DNA of 64,000 nucleotides from Hormiphora californensis (taxonomy: Eukaryota; Animalia; Ctenophora), in the NCBI GenBank assembly GCA_020137815.1, contig CM035355.1, positions 6,076,001 through 6,140,000 on the forward strand, read 5' to 3'. A program made the position numbers and the translations under genes. The notes beneath the pieces are model-generated. The model was given only the letters and a program-made list of their open reading frames with translations. It searched no databases and was not told the origin of the DNA. Shown here one piece after another: positions 49,021 to 63,096 of the stretch; position 1 is the first letter of the stretch; the number at the start of each line of letters is the position of its first letter.

Positions 49021-50663
49021 GGTTACTCTGGAGGGGTTACAGGTTGTTGAGTAAGGGGTACTCAACAAGTTATAGGAAGGTTACTAACCTGTAACAATTA
49101 TAATAGGCAAGGCTTGGAATTGAGACAAAAGATGTCTGAGATTTGGAAACTAAGCAACTTTTAGCTAGCTATAAGAGCAACTATAGTCTAGTCGTTATAT
49201 TAGGTACAGATTCAAGGATTCAAATATTGCAGGTATATTCATAGCGATGGTTTTACAATAGTTGTATCAATAGTTGTATCAATAGTTGTATCTTGTATTG
49301 CGGGGGCGCGGGGGAGGTGCAACAGCACAAGTTGTATCAAGTATAGGGCAGCTTTGTAATGGTCGTATCAATTATAGGGAGGTGGCCTATATAGTGACAT
49401 GCGGCTAGGAAGCAACATGGAACGTTGTCTACAGTGGTAGTGGTTGTTAATTGTTGTTATAGTACCACAATAATGCTCCCTACTGCTGTAGTAGTGAAAC
49501 TCTCAGGAAGAGCTTGCACAATGGTACCTCATAGTCAATAGTCATACACCTTATCGCGTTATGCATCTATACCTACTGTTAGCTAACAAACTAATAATCT
49601 ACTAGAGGTGTCAAAAAACTCTGAATTCGTGTGCAACCCAGTATATATCAAGTATCACATCGCATTAGCATAAAGGCATGCTATAATAGAGACGTTGAAT
49701 TGTTGAGCAGGTAGTCGCCTCACAAGATAGAACTTCAACTTGGCTATAATCACCATTAAGAACGAATCTTGAATCTATTGCAAGTGTCTGAGAGTGAAAA
49801 AGGTCTGTGTTTAAAAAGACAAAAGAGTAACAGAGGACTATTATGATACGATACAGCCTAGGTCTGACCTCACATACATCACAAGTTGTTACATGAGATA
49901 CGAAGGAGACAGTTTTATTTGGAGCCGCTACAAAACAAAGGGATAAAAGCTACCGTTAATTTATTATGCGATAGTCCCTTGTGAGCTTGCCGTTGGCAAG
50001 CCCAGGCACTCTGTAGATAGAGTTAATTTATTATCAAAGCTCTGACCAGCAGCAGTGCAACTAGCTGTGTGGCCTAATCAGTTTCAAGACCAGGTATCTC
50101 TCATCACAAGAGATCCTGACTAGATCCCATGACACTGAGCAATTGGCCTGACCCTATTCTCATTTCAGAGTGCACGAGAACTGTGGTCAGAGCATTCACG
50201 GCCTGACTATATCCTATAGCACTTAGCTCACACTAACAAATTGACTCGGTTTTTATAGAACTTTTTAGGAAGCTGCAAGTACGTCAGCTTCCTGACGTAC
50301 GTCGTGAGAGGTTTGCAGCATGCTAAAAAGAGTCTATTAAGGAGCTATATGGCACGTTATATTGCTCAATATATAGTAAAGTTCCAATTTGATTCTCTGC
50401 TTTTATAGCTATCATGGAGGATGATCCATGATGGAGATGGGGAAATGGTTATGGGGGTAAGTGGTTCAGACACATGCCAGAGCTTAGTTAGAGAGAATCA
50501 AGGTGTTGAATGAATCAGGGTGTTGCCGCCGCCCTTTGCTAAAATACAATGATAAAGTGACTAAAAGTGGGGAAATAAAAATGGAAGTTCCATCAGGACA
50601 GTTTTAATAGCGTTGCTACTCAGTAAGTGCCATAAACAATATGACCATGAACTAACCTCTCAA

Positions 50664-50778
<115 letters not shown>

Positions 50779-51236
50779 TCTCTATCTATCTATCTCTCTC
50801 TCACTCTCTCACTCTCGCTCTCTCATTCTCACTCACTCTCTCTTTCCTCGGTGCAGTCAACGTGTTTTGGCAGCTTGGTTGCCCCTAGGGCCTCTTCAGG
50901 GCCGAAGAATTCAGGTATTTAGAATGACAAGAACTGTCAGAAATAAAGTGGTACCTATTTCATTAGTTTCATGGAACCGAGCTGTGCTAATATTCAGCAA
51001 ATACTTTGCAAGGCACGTTGCAGAATCACGGTGCATGGAACTATAGGGGGTAATGGAACTAGGGGGTAATGGAACTAGGGGGTAATGGACCATTACCCCC
51101 TATAGTTCCATGCACCATTACTAATGGTGCCATGATACTAAAAGCTCCACGCATAAACATTGGTAACGAAATTATCCGTTCGTAATAATTAAGGCACGCT
51201 TTAGTGCCCGCAAGGTAGGGGTAATTTCGTTACCAA

Positions 51237-51328
51237 GCATGCGCCCTGTCTGGCGGCGCCAGACCCCAATTTGATTCTCAAAACGCGACAGTGTGCTCAG
51301 ATGGGTCGCGGCGCCAGACAGCATGCGC
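51237..51328. repeat. Short dispersed repeat with inverted ends; second copy in reverse orientation at ~63377-63457
   Basis: CTGTCTGGCGGCGCCAGACCCCAATTTGATTCTCAA matches the reverse complement of TTGAGAATCAAATCGGGGTCTGGCGCCGCCAGACAG. Confidence 0.65.
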
Positions 51329-51606
51329 CACTCGACGCGATTGTCTCACAAAAGACTGCCTATAAGCCTTCTCCAAACCTGCTCATGTAGTATAACAACG
51401 ACGGGACATATCAATATTGACAATTGTACTCATGTTTTGTTGAGTTACTCGAATGGTTTGTTGAGTAACTCAACAACTCATGAAACTCATGATGAATCAT
51501 CATACAGCAGGAATGCAATTTCACCCACACGACCAATACCAATTGTACTCATGTTGTCTCACAAAAGACTACTCTCCAAACCGGGGCATTAAAGTTATAT
51601 GAGGCA

Positions 51607-51790
51607 TAAACTCTGGCCACTGGCGCGTTATTTCAGATAACTTTCTCCCAGCGCGCCGCTGGGAGAAGTTAGCTGGAGTTTATCCGCCGCTGGCGGATAA
51701 ACTGGTTTAAATCACGACGACGATCCCGAGGCGGAGCCGAGGGAGAGGCGGAGGGGTTTAAACCTATAACGTGCCAGTGGTCAGAGTTTA
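51607..51790. repeat. Inverted-repeat element (TAAACTCTGGCCACTGGCGCGTTA ... TAACGTGCCAGTGGTCAGAGTTTA) with internal hairpins; probable MITE remnant
   Basis: Imperfect ~24-bp terminal inverted repeats and internal palindromes. Confidence 0.5.
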
Positions 51791-53192
51791 TGGGTTATAT
51801 ACCCTGCTTTAGTTGTTTATTTCAAGTATTACACACCAACAAGAGAGAGAACACTAATCAAAACACACAAAGAGAACTGAGAAATAGTTAAAAACACGTC
51901 ACAATTGAGTGTATAACACTGTTTGGTAACAGTTACTAAGCAGTTGCTAAGGAAAGAGAGTGAAAGAAATAGCCTGATAAGGGGCATGTCACAAATAACA
52001 CAGAGAAAGAGATAGTGAGACAAAAGGGGAGATAAAGAGAGAGTAATTGACGGAATGTGTCCTTTCTTTCTCTCCAATGTAGTGTGTAAGTGTTGCACAT
52101 AGTGTTCCCTCTGTATTTTAGTAAGAACTGATCATTTACACACACTTTGAATGTTACGTAGGAGTTAAAAATTAATAACCTGCCAGTGGGAAATAATCTG
52201 CCGCTGGACTGGCTGTTTACTGAGAGCGCGCTAGTGGGACTTCTCGCCACTGGCGCATTATTTAAGTTAGCAGGGTATATAGTACGACAATTATGTACTG
52301 ATGGTACATATTCGCCAGTGGTACTGGACACTGGTAGCTTAGATCAGATGTAGGAATTAAAAGTTTATAGAACTTTATGAATCGATTGTAACAGGTTGAT
52401 GGAAGCAATTATTGCCAACCCCTGATCTCTTACTACTCGTTCTTTCGAGTATACAGGAAGTGGGACAGGGAGCGGGGACTGTAGTAGAGAAGTAGAGGGA
52501 GAGAGAGAGGGAGGGAGACGATAGAGAAGATAGATAAGACAGAGAGAAGATAGAGAGGGAGATAGAGAGAGAATACAACATAGAACCAGACTATCAGTCT
52601 TAGCACACAATAGAAAAACTTAACACCCTAGAAAATGACTGCAAATGACTGATTCTTTGTATAATAATACAACTTGCAATCGAGATAGCAATTGACAATT
52701 CACCTGGAAATCGTTTATTACATGTTATAATTGACCGCCTGGACGACCGTGGTTTTGTTGAAATGAGACTGAATATTTTTGGAAAGTGTGTACTACTGTT
52801 CCTTATTCGAATTAAGGTTTCATAATGTTAATCTGTCATAGAGTTTGGTGATATAATGGAGTTGAAAACTTGCTCGAGATCGAAGTCGTGCAACGATCAA
52901 GATCGAGTGTAAGAAGAACTTGTTGAGTACTCAACAAAGATGAACATGATTCATGAAAGGTGTCAGTATGTAATAATATCAATGATATGATTAGTGATCA
53001 CATATAATTTATGGTCAGGGTTTTCTATTGTTCATTTATGCTGTTCATAATATTGATATTATCTGTATCAGTAGTGTCCTCTAATATAATCAAAGTAATT
53101 GGCTCATGAGTCGCATCTTAGTTAAGTTTTAGGTTTTTAGAACACATATTCTCAAGGTCTTCTACAGTAGGACCCAAACTCAGTTTAAAACT

Positions 53193-54756
53193 GGCAATTT
53201 TGCATTTGTGGGCATCGCACTATAGACGCAGTACCCACGTACTATAGACGCATTATAAACGCATTATAAACGCATTATAGACGCATTATAGACACACGCA
53301 ATATAGACGCAATTTCGTAAGCAGCACTATAGACGCAATATAGACGCAGTATAACAGCAATATAAACGCATTTTTATAGACGCGACGCAGTATAGCCGCA
53401 TTATAGGCGCACTACCCACCCCAAAATCACCTTATAGACGCACTATAGACGCATTATAGACTGACTATAGCAGCACCATAAACGCTACATAGACCCATAT
53501 AGACGCATGATAGAAGCATTATAGACGCAAATCGCTTTTTATAGACGCCGCGTCTATAAAAAACGTGCTTTTTAAAGAAGCACTTTAGACGTACTCCAGG
53601 CTACAGTGCGATATTTGAGACGCAGTTGGGCGTTTTATAAACGCATTTTTGTCGCATATAAAAGGAAGCAGTATAGACGCATTATAGACGCATTATAGCC
53701 GCATGTGTGCGAAATCGATAAAGACGCAATATAGACGCAAAATAAAAAGGAGAGGGAGAGAGAGAGGGAGGGAGGGAGGGAGAGGGAAGGAGAGGGAAAG
53801 AGAGGGAGGGACTGAGGGAGGGGTACAGGGACAGAAACAGACGGATAAAGACCTGAGACAGAAGGACAGAGTAAGATGGAAAGAGAGTAAGATGGAAAGA
53901 TAGTGATATAGGGACGGAGTGAGACAGAAAAAGAGTGAGACAGAAAAAGACAGAGATGGAAACAAACGGACAGAGACAGACGGACGGACAAACACGCGCT
54001 TACTATCTCCCTCTCTGTCTCACTCTCTTTCTCCACTCTCCATCTTAATCTCTCCATCTTACTCTGTCCGTCTGTCTCAGATCTGTGTCCATCTGTCTCT
54101 GTCTGATCTGTCTCTGTATCCCTCCCTCTTTCCCTCTCCTTCCCTCTCCCTCCCTCCCTCCCTCCCTCCCTCCCTCCCTCTAGTCTCTCTCCCTCTCCTT
54201 CTTATTAATTGCGTCTATATTGCGTCTTTATCGATTTCGCGCACATGCGTCTATAATGCGTCTATAATGCGTCTATACTGCTTCCTTTTATATGCGACAA
54301 AAATGCGTTTATAGTTCGCCCAACTGCGCCTCAAATATGGCAGCGTGCGTCTGAGTACGTCTATAGTGCTTCTTAAAAAAGCACGTTTTTTATAGACGCG
54401 GCGTCTATAAAAAGCGATTTGCGTCTATAATGCTTCTATCATGCGTCTATATGGGTCTATGTAGCGTTTATGGTGCTGCTATAGTCAGTCTATAATGCGT
54501 CTATAGTGCGTCTATAAGGTGATTTTGGGGTGGGTAGTGCGCCTATAATGCGGCTATACTGCGTCGCGTCTATAAAAATGCGTTTATATTGCTGTTATAA
54601 TGCGTCTATATTGCGTCTATAGTGCTGCTTACGAAATTGCGTCTATATTGCGTGTGTCTATAATGCGTCTATAATGCGTTTATAATGCGTTTATAATGCG
54701 TCTATAGTACGTGGGTACTGCGTCTATAGTGCGATGCCCACAAATGCAAAATTGCC
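53193..54756. mobile_element. Foldback/Mutator-like non-autonomous element: ~550-bp TIRs built from TATAGACGCA sub-repeats, 9-bp TSD TTTAAAACT
   Basis: TTTAAAACT|GGCAATTTTGCATTTGTGGGC...GCCCACAAATGCAAAATTGCC|TTTAAAACT. Confidence 0.93.
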
Positions 54757-54929
54757 TTTAAAACTGATAGCAATAAGACCAAGAAGAATTTATCTCCCTC
54801 CCTCTCTCCCTTCCTCGCACTTTTTGCAAGTTTTCAAGAAGATATGATAATCGTTTAGACGGTTCGATAGACAGGTGGGGTGCAGTGGACATGCATTTTT
54901 ACTGCTTCATCCGTTAAACCATCGGCACA

Positions 54930-55111
<182 letters not shown>

Positions 55112-55321
55112 TCTCTCACTCTCTTTTTCTCACCTCCCTCTCGCTCCCTCTTTGTTACAATTCATTAGAAACCCATGGGTGCAAGGCAGGTCCTCCTCTT
55201 CGTCGTCTTCTTCACGTCTCCCGGAAACTGCTATGAATTGCTCAGGAAACCACAAAACTTTCACCCGATTAGTGGCTCCATCGTTTCTCTCTCTATCTCT
55301 CTCTATATATCTCTCTCCCCC

Positions 55322-55358
<37 letters not shown>

Positions 55359-56275
55359 TCCCCTCTCTCTCTCTCCCCTCTCTCTCTCCCCTCTCTCTCT
55401 CCCCTCTCCGTCTGGTTAATTGCAGTGTTAATTCGGCCGATCTAACTCCAGCCTGATAGACTGGTAACTATTAGCAGCTCCCGACTTGCTGCAGGTCGGA
55501 TTGGTGCTGCAGCATGTTTTTAGATTTGCAGAAACATGACCAAATTGAGAAATAGTCAAAAGGGAGACTGATCACGCGTGTGTTGGTTATACTGCTAACA
55601 AACTAAACTATTGGAACGAATGTCGAATCGTTGTCCAGTCCAACCAACATGTGTTCGTCGTGTCAAAAATGAGAGAGATGACTTCAACCTAGCTTTCCGT
55701 CAAAATATCGACAGTTAGGTGACTGAATCTAAGGCGGTCAGACCTCTCTGACACCCACCTACCCTAACCGTCATGGGTATCACGGAGTACCGTAATTGAA
55801 TGTTACCCCCCCCCCCCAGCAAACCACCCGAATCTCTTGTGTTTACTGAGATATTCATGTGATTCCTAAGTAAAAGAAAGTTGGTTCAGGGATTTTGGTT
55901 AGAAATTTGATGCACTTTTTGCGATTTTCGTAATCCATCCCTCTCTATCTTTACCTTTCCCTCCCTCCCACTCTCTCCAACTCCATCTATTTCTCTACTG
56001 CTAACTCACTCGCCAGACGTGCAATAGGAAAAGATGAAACCTTATCCATACACTAGTGAATTGTTAGTTGCAAGGGTTGCTAGAAGTTGGGCAGAACCGC
56101 ATTAAATCTTGCTAAATTAAGCTAATTCGTGCACCGCTCACGCTCAATGCGTGAAAGGGGGGAAGCCTTTCGATTGTTGCCTAACTATGGGCCAGGGTGA
56201 ATTTAACTTTAATAAGGTGTATTGTGAGGGCTAGGTGGCTATTTCCCTCTTTACTAATATAGCAACCTAGTAGCT

Positions 56276-56406
<131 letters not shown>

Positions 56407-56537
56407 CCGGTTACCAGGTGCTGCTAAGTGTTATTTGTGGGTTGTGAAAACCCCCGCCAACAACTCACCCCTCCCAATTATTAGGGCTCGTCGAGTAGGC
56501 CGGAAGTTAGGGTCACTTCGGAGAGAGTGAGATAGAG

Positions 56538-56629
<92 letters not shown>

Positions 56630-57787
56630 CAGAAGTGGTTTCTGGGGGAGATTGGTTACCCCCCCCCCTCCCAATCAGTCCAACTACTCGTGTCTCAGTG
56701 CCCCTATTCTCACGTGTGTCAAGTACCCTTGGTTCACGAGCACCCAGCACTCTGCACGTGCACCTCTTCATGTGCAACTGTGCGTGAACACTCAGCTGTT
56801 CAGTCAATCGATAGACTTGAGTGTTTCGATCGCTGTTCAATATATGGAGACAAAACTAAAATAACAATTGACATAACTGAATGAGGTTGCTGCATGAGGT
56901 TTCGTTACTTAATAGTTACTAACGAAAGGCATTCAGATTTTACGGGACACAAACGATTTTAGGAAACAGTGACACTACCTCAAATTCGATCGTCTGGAAA
57001 ACCGTTTTAGATATCTTTTTAAGGGGGCTGGGGATCCCGTTTTCTCCTTTCTTCCTCTATTCTCTATTTCCAAATCGTGCAATTACATGTCCCTAGTCCC
57101 AGAGAGGAGGGTGGGGCAGGAATTATAATGGCATAGAAATACGAGAGATCTGATGATATGATCTGTACGTTTTATTCCCATTCTAATTCTGATTCCCATC
57201 AGTCTGCACTAAACACTTGTCCCCCTCTCATTATGACTCATGTGTCATCTAATGCACGTGTAACTCATGACTCATGTGTGTCATCTAATGTACGTGTAAC
57301 AGCTGTTATCTGGTGCGGTGAATCACTATATCACCATCATAACCTGCTTAAATTTCCCACGCCTCGTCTCAAGCACCACACACACACACGCTTATAGAGA
57401 GCACATGAGTCACGTGATACATGTGTCACGTGACCGACCCCTTACAGTAGCATTACAGCTGCCTTGCGTGGGAAATCAGATCGCTACACGTGATGATTTC
57501 GTTCATTTTTGTGTGTTTAGTAGAGAAAAACACATACCATGTGTTGTAACCGTTGCGGTGTTTTTCTGTTTTTGATGTGGGGCCTCTTTTTTATGGTGTC
57601 TTAAAGTTTGCTCATAGATTTGGATTTGAAAATTTTGGTCATGAATTCGGCACGTACATTACTCAAGAAGATAGAGAGCTACAAAAAGCTACCAAAAAGT
57701 GTTTTTACACTGTCCTCATTCTCTCTCTCCCAAGTCCCGATATAACCCCTTTTTTAGGTCCTTTTCTCAAACCACTTTATTTTTCAG

Positions 57788-58510
57788 ATGATTCCAGTAC
57801 TTCTAGTTGTCCTGGTTACAGGCATCTCAGCCACCTCTAATACATGCCCTGAAAATTGCAAGGTAATATTTCCTTCTTTCTACTTTCCTACAATAAAACT
57901 AGCTTGCCTAGTTTAGTTGTGCAAGTGAGAAGAAACCCGACTACCCTCAGTTATTCAGTTAAGGGACCCTTTAAGGGACCCTCAGATACTATGCTACAGA
58001 AAGGCATACAATGGACGGCAGCTGTACATATCAGGGACATGCAGTTCCATAGTGGTATAAGTCCAGATATATACCGGAATTATCTGCACCATTATGGAAC
58101 CCGGTCCGGGTCACAGTTCTATCTTGGACATCCGTAATCTATTACACACATAAAGTCGAATTTTTTGGAGTTGTCACCCCCCCCCCCTTTTCGTGTGCTC
58201 GTTTTTTTGCGGGTCACATCACATGTTAACGTGTGGTGTGCGGGTTAAAATTGATAAATTTCACATGCGTGTGCATTTGGGGGTGAAAACTTCAAAAAAT
58301 CCGACTTTACACAATAGTCAATACACGGGTCCTTTAACTCCGAGACACATGACCCCTTTATATTATATAATCGTGCAACAATTATAGTTGTTACCTCTTA
58401 ACTTGATATTAATGATGCTTGTTCTTTCAACTTCCTCAAATAGTCTCTCGCTCGCTTTTAACTTCCCCAAATAGTCTCCCTCTCGCTTTTAACTTCCTCA
58501 AGGCTCAAAT

Positions 58511-58592
<82 letters not shown>

Positions 58593-59393
58593 GCTTTCTC
58601 CCCAAATAGTCACGTCTCGCTTCTCAAATAGTCTCTCTCTCCCTCCAGACGCTGGTTACCAATGAAACAAGCTGTGAGATGATACCTGTTAGTTGTCTGA
58701 ACATTGACAAACTGGTGGAAATCTACTCAAAATGTCACTACGGAGCCAACGTTACCTTCCCGTGAGTTAGTTGTTACCATGGTTACCTTCCCGTGAGTCA
58801 GTTGTTACCATGGTTACCTTCCCGTGAGTCAGTTGTTAACATGGTTACCTTCCCGTGAGTCAGTTGTTACCATGGTTACCTTCCCGTGAGTCAGTTGTTA
58901 CCATGGTTACCTTCCTGTGAGTTAGCTGTTACCATGGTTACCTTCCCGTGAGTCAGTTGTTACCATAGTTACCTTCCCGTGAGTTAGTTGTTACCATGGT
59001 TACCTTCCCTGTGAGTCAGTTGTTACCATGGTTACCTTCCCGCGAGTTAGTTGTTACCATGGTTACCTTCCCGTGAGTCAGTTGTTACTATGGTTACCTT
59101 CCCGTGAGTCAGATTTTACCATGGTTACCTTCCCGTGAGTTAGTTGTTACCATGGTTACCTTCCTGTGGGTCAGTTTCACAATCATGCTCCACCGTTGAA
59201 AGAGCTCTTATCTGCATTATATTCGGGGTATGAGGGCGGCTAATTATTCAATAGCTGGACTACTTGAGGGTGATATGGAGGGGATGGCTTTTGGAATTCA
59301 TCCTACTATATTGAGTAATGAACGGAGCAGGGACACACCACTGTAACAAAGATTAGCATTCCTTGATTGATCTCTCTCTATCATCTTTTACAA

Positions 59394-59442
<49 letters not shown>

Positions 59443-59463
59443 CTCTCTCTCTCTCTCTCTCTA

Positions 59464-59559
<96 letters not shown>

Positions 59560-60989
59560 ACTCTCTTTATCTCAGATCTATCATCATAAGCCGATAGGAA
59601 TTTTAGATTTCTAAAGAACTGCCGGAATCTGCTGCTATTGTCTATCGGATAGCAACCTGGATTAAACGGGAATTTGCGATACCATCTGGTGCAATATTAT
59701 CTATTATCTCGACCGCGGAGTTCCGTTTTTAGTCAATTCCTGGCCACTTACATCTTATCGATCCAGTCACAGATTCTTTTGTTCGATTCTACCGCACTGT
59801 CTCTTTCTCTCCACATGTTGTAGGAATGGGTTTGATAAAATCATTAATCAATCAAATCGGGATTGTATTTTAACTCCTGCAGTTGGTGATGACATCCCCT
59901 ATTATGTTTGTTTAGCCGCGCTGCACACGGCTAGTGTAGGGGTGACTGCGTCACCAACTCCCGCAGCTGCTAACCCCTCTCCTATAATTTGTACCTCTCC
60001 TGTTATTCAATGTTCCTATTGTTACCTCTATCCCATTCAGGTACACCTACATCAATGACTGTGAGAAGATCATCCCCCCGAAATGTCTCAACGTCCAATC
60101 TCGGGAATCAAAGTGCATGCACTGCTTTCAGGTATGTTACCCTTTCCTAATTTTGATCAATAAATGGTTTCCTCACATGGACTGTTGCTATGGATCAAAA
60201 CCTTGAATTCATTGCTATGACAACTCTCATTACACAGATGGAAGAGCAGTATTTCACGGTAAAAGAACCTAACTACCACACTTGTAACCCTAAAAGTAGC
60301 GGACCTGACAGATATGTGACTGTCCAATGTGAGGTAAGAAAGTTGTGTAAGAACGAACAGGTCATAAAGTCTCTGAACAATGAACAAGTCACTGATCAGC
60401 TGTCAGGCATCACGCTGACCCACTTCACCCCTTTCTAGAACGAACAGGTCATGACGTCACTGTCAGTTGTTATATCACGCTGACGTTATTGATGTTGTTG
60501 ATTTAAATAGTAGAACCGGGAACCCAGTATGATCTACAATTCCCCCTCTAGGTGAACGCCGAGGTGATATGTAAAGCGCCACGACTATTTAAACGGCGTG
60601 TAACATGCAGTTTCACAGCTGGTAAAAGTTGGACAACTGCGCTGATACTGTCAGTCACACTGGGAGGTTTTGGGGCTGACCGCTTCTACCTGGGCTACTG
60701 GAGATGTGGGCTGGGGAAACTGTTTTCGTGAGTTTTAGATTTCCTATTGATGATTTATTGATCTGAGGGACCTTCTTACACATCACACAGCTGTACTATG
60801 GGAATATCTCTCCAAATGAACTAATCTCTTTCCCAACTTTCTTGTATCTCTCTCCCTAAGTTTGGATCTAACAACTCACACTCTCATCCTAGATTTGGAG
60901 GACTCGGTATTTGGACGTTAGTCGACATCACCTTGATTGCAGTTGGCTACCTAGCGCCCTACGACAAATCTCTTTACATATACACGTGA
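57788..60989 (+). CDS. TM2D3: TM2 domain-containing protein 3 (almondex-like); exons 57788-57862, 58649-58761, 60041-60131, 60238-60333, 60552-60727, 60893-60989; ~215 aa
   Basis: Signal peptide MIPVLLVVLVTGISA, a Cys-rich ectodomain, and WTTALILSVTLGGFGADRFYLGYWRCGLGKLFSFGGLGIWTLVDITLIAVGYLAP. Confidence 0.92.
58751..59176 (+). repeat. 31-bp tandem array (~14 copies) containing the TM2D3 exon-2 donor
   Basis: Unit GTTACCTTCCC|GTGAGT(C/T)AGTTGTTACCATG; the first copy overlaps the exon end. Confidence 0.95.
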
Positions 60990-61272
60990 CGATGATCATC
61001 GCTATTTTTTTACTAATTTTTATCCACCCGTAATAATAACAATCAAGATGTTTAATCCTAACCATTCCCCCCTCTCTATCTCTCTTTATCCAATCGGTCT
61101 CTCTCTCAATAACGGTTATTTCCTCGAGTTAATTTTCTGTGCGTCTAATTGGCTGGCGAGCTGGTAAATTTTCTCCCAATGGGGACAACAGGGGCACTTT
61201 TTCCACAAGGAAACTACCTCGACTGTAATCTTTTTCAATCTATTAGGCATCTTAATTTTATCCCTGCTGCTT

Positions 61273-61324
<52 letters not shown>

Positions 61325-61497
61325 AGAGGGAGAGAGGGAATTGTTTTCACATAGTTCCCCCTGGGTACCCAAGGGAGAGAATTTAGAGGGTGGAGCCCGG
61401 AACCTCTCGGCATGCTCGATAACCCCCTTGAGCACTCCGAGGAAGCCATGTATCTCCTGCCCCTTTTCTCTGTCTCTCTCTCTCTCTCTCCCCCCCC

Positions 61498-61536
<39 letters not shown>

Positions 61537-61948
61537 GTTTTTAGTGGGCATCCTTCTTCCGGGCCTGATCAATTTATCTCGGTAATTTTTGGAAAATTTA
61601 TTTGTTACCACGGTTACAATTTGAAATTCTTGGCTCCAGGCACACCACTCACGTGATGCATGTCACGTGACATTTCACGCGTGACACATGTGGTGCTCAT
61701 CAGGATGATAAACCTCATGTTTCACACCACCATGGAGTTGAGCTTTATTTAATCTCTCATTTTGACATTTTCCTTGAATTGAATATCGTTGTTTTAATCT
61801 CCCCCTCTGAATTAACAACTCTTTATTATCGATAACCCAACATGTGCCCTTGTCAAATAACATGTTAACTAACATATCTTCCTCTTGTCAAGTGTCAACT
61901 AACATATCTCTCCCACTATTTAACTAACATCTCTCCCTTTATAGCATC

Positions 61949-62400
61949 ATGACTTCAGCATTTCAACTGATACCACCTCGACAAGCCTCCTCCTCCCTTC
62001 TCCAGCTTATGCAGCCATGGTCATTCGACCAGCGATCATACCCCTCCGGTCCCCCTTCCCCTCCAGAACCAAAGAGCTTCACACCAAAACTTCTCTCGGT
62101 AAGATAAACAGTAATTTTTATTTTAACTTGGGTGATACTGATTTACCCATTTCTTTACTTTTTAAATGGGGTACTGATAACATATTCATCCCCATCTTAA
62201 CCAAGCTAACCCCTGCTATTCTCCAGTTCAGCCCAACGTTTCTACAGCAGCCAAATATCAGCCAACAACAACAACAACAGCCCTCACTATCCCTGACACC
62301 TGAACTCCTGGCGCTACTCCAGCAGTTTCAGATACTACCTCCATCTCCCCTGGACCTGTTACCCGGAACAGCGCCAGCCGCGACAACCTCAAAACTACCG
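61949..62400 (+). CDS. Partial gene, low-complexity P/Q/S-rich N-terminus; exons 61949-62098 and 62227-62400; the remainder is probably beyond or within the gap
   Basis: ATG follows a TTTATAG acceptor. A phase-0 GTAAG/CTCCAG intron joins MTSAFQLIPPRQ...KLLS to FSPTFLQQPNISQQQQQQ...SKLP, which ends at a GTACGT donor. Confidence 0.45.
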
Positions 62401-62996
62401 GTACGTTCCAGTTGTATCCTAGTTCAAGAATTAAAGAGCCCAAGTGCTTAGTCACATTGATACCTGAGTGAGATCGAGGTAGCAGCGACCGAGATCGATC
62501 TAACATAGGTTGCAATGGAGCCAACCCAAGTGCTACCTTTTATTAGTGGGTGCATGATTCTTCCCTGCCTTGCTCGACCCTCTTTCCGTGCGCTCCGTAA
62601 AGGAGGGTTAAAACATAATAGCAAATTCTTCCCTGAACAACCAAGCTAAAACCCCATTGATTTAGGTGTCTCCAGTCCAGCCGGAGTCCCCGAGGAGCCC
62701 AGTGCCAAGTGGACCTATAGATGTGACCACTTTGGTGAACCTTAGTATAAAGGACCTGAACAAGCAACTCAGGGGAATGGATCGCTGTGATGTAAGTCGT
62801 AATATTGATTAGTGTAATGGCCACCCTTGTGCTTGTCGGCACAGTTTCAACAGTCAATACTTGACACTTGTGAAAGTTCGTTCTTGAGAGTTGGACAATG
62901 TTTATTTACCCTTATAAACATCTCTTCATATACAGGTGGTTCGACTAAAGCAGCTGAGCGCGTGAGATACAGTACAAACTCGATGAGATAGGGAAC

Positions 62997-63096
62997 NNNN
63001 NNNNNNNNNNNNNNNNNNNNNNNNNNNNNNNNNNNNNNNNNNNNNNNNNNNNNNNNNNNNNNNNNNNNNNNNNNNNNNNNNNNNNNNNNNNNNNNN
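62997..63096. other. Assembly gap (100 N)
   Basis: Run of N. Confidence 1.

Noticed and set aside
53635-54314. Mirror ORFs ending in MRLYCFLLYATKMRL
   Set aside because: Translations of the foldback arms
58751-59176. CRISPR-like appearance of the 31-bp repeats (also the 79-bp array)
   Set aside because: Units are head-to-tail with no unique spacers, there are no cas genes, and the context is a eukaryotic intron
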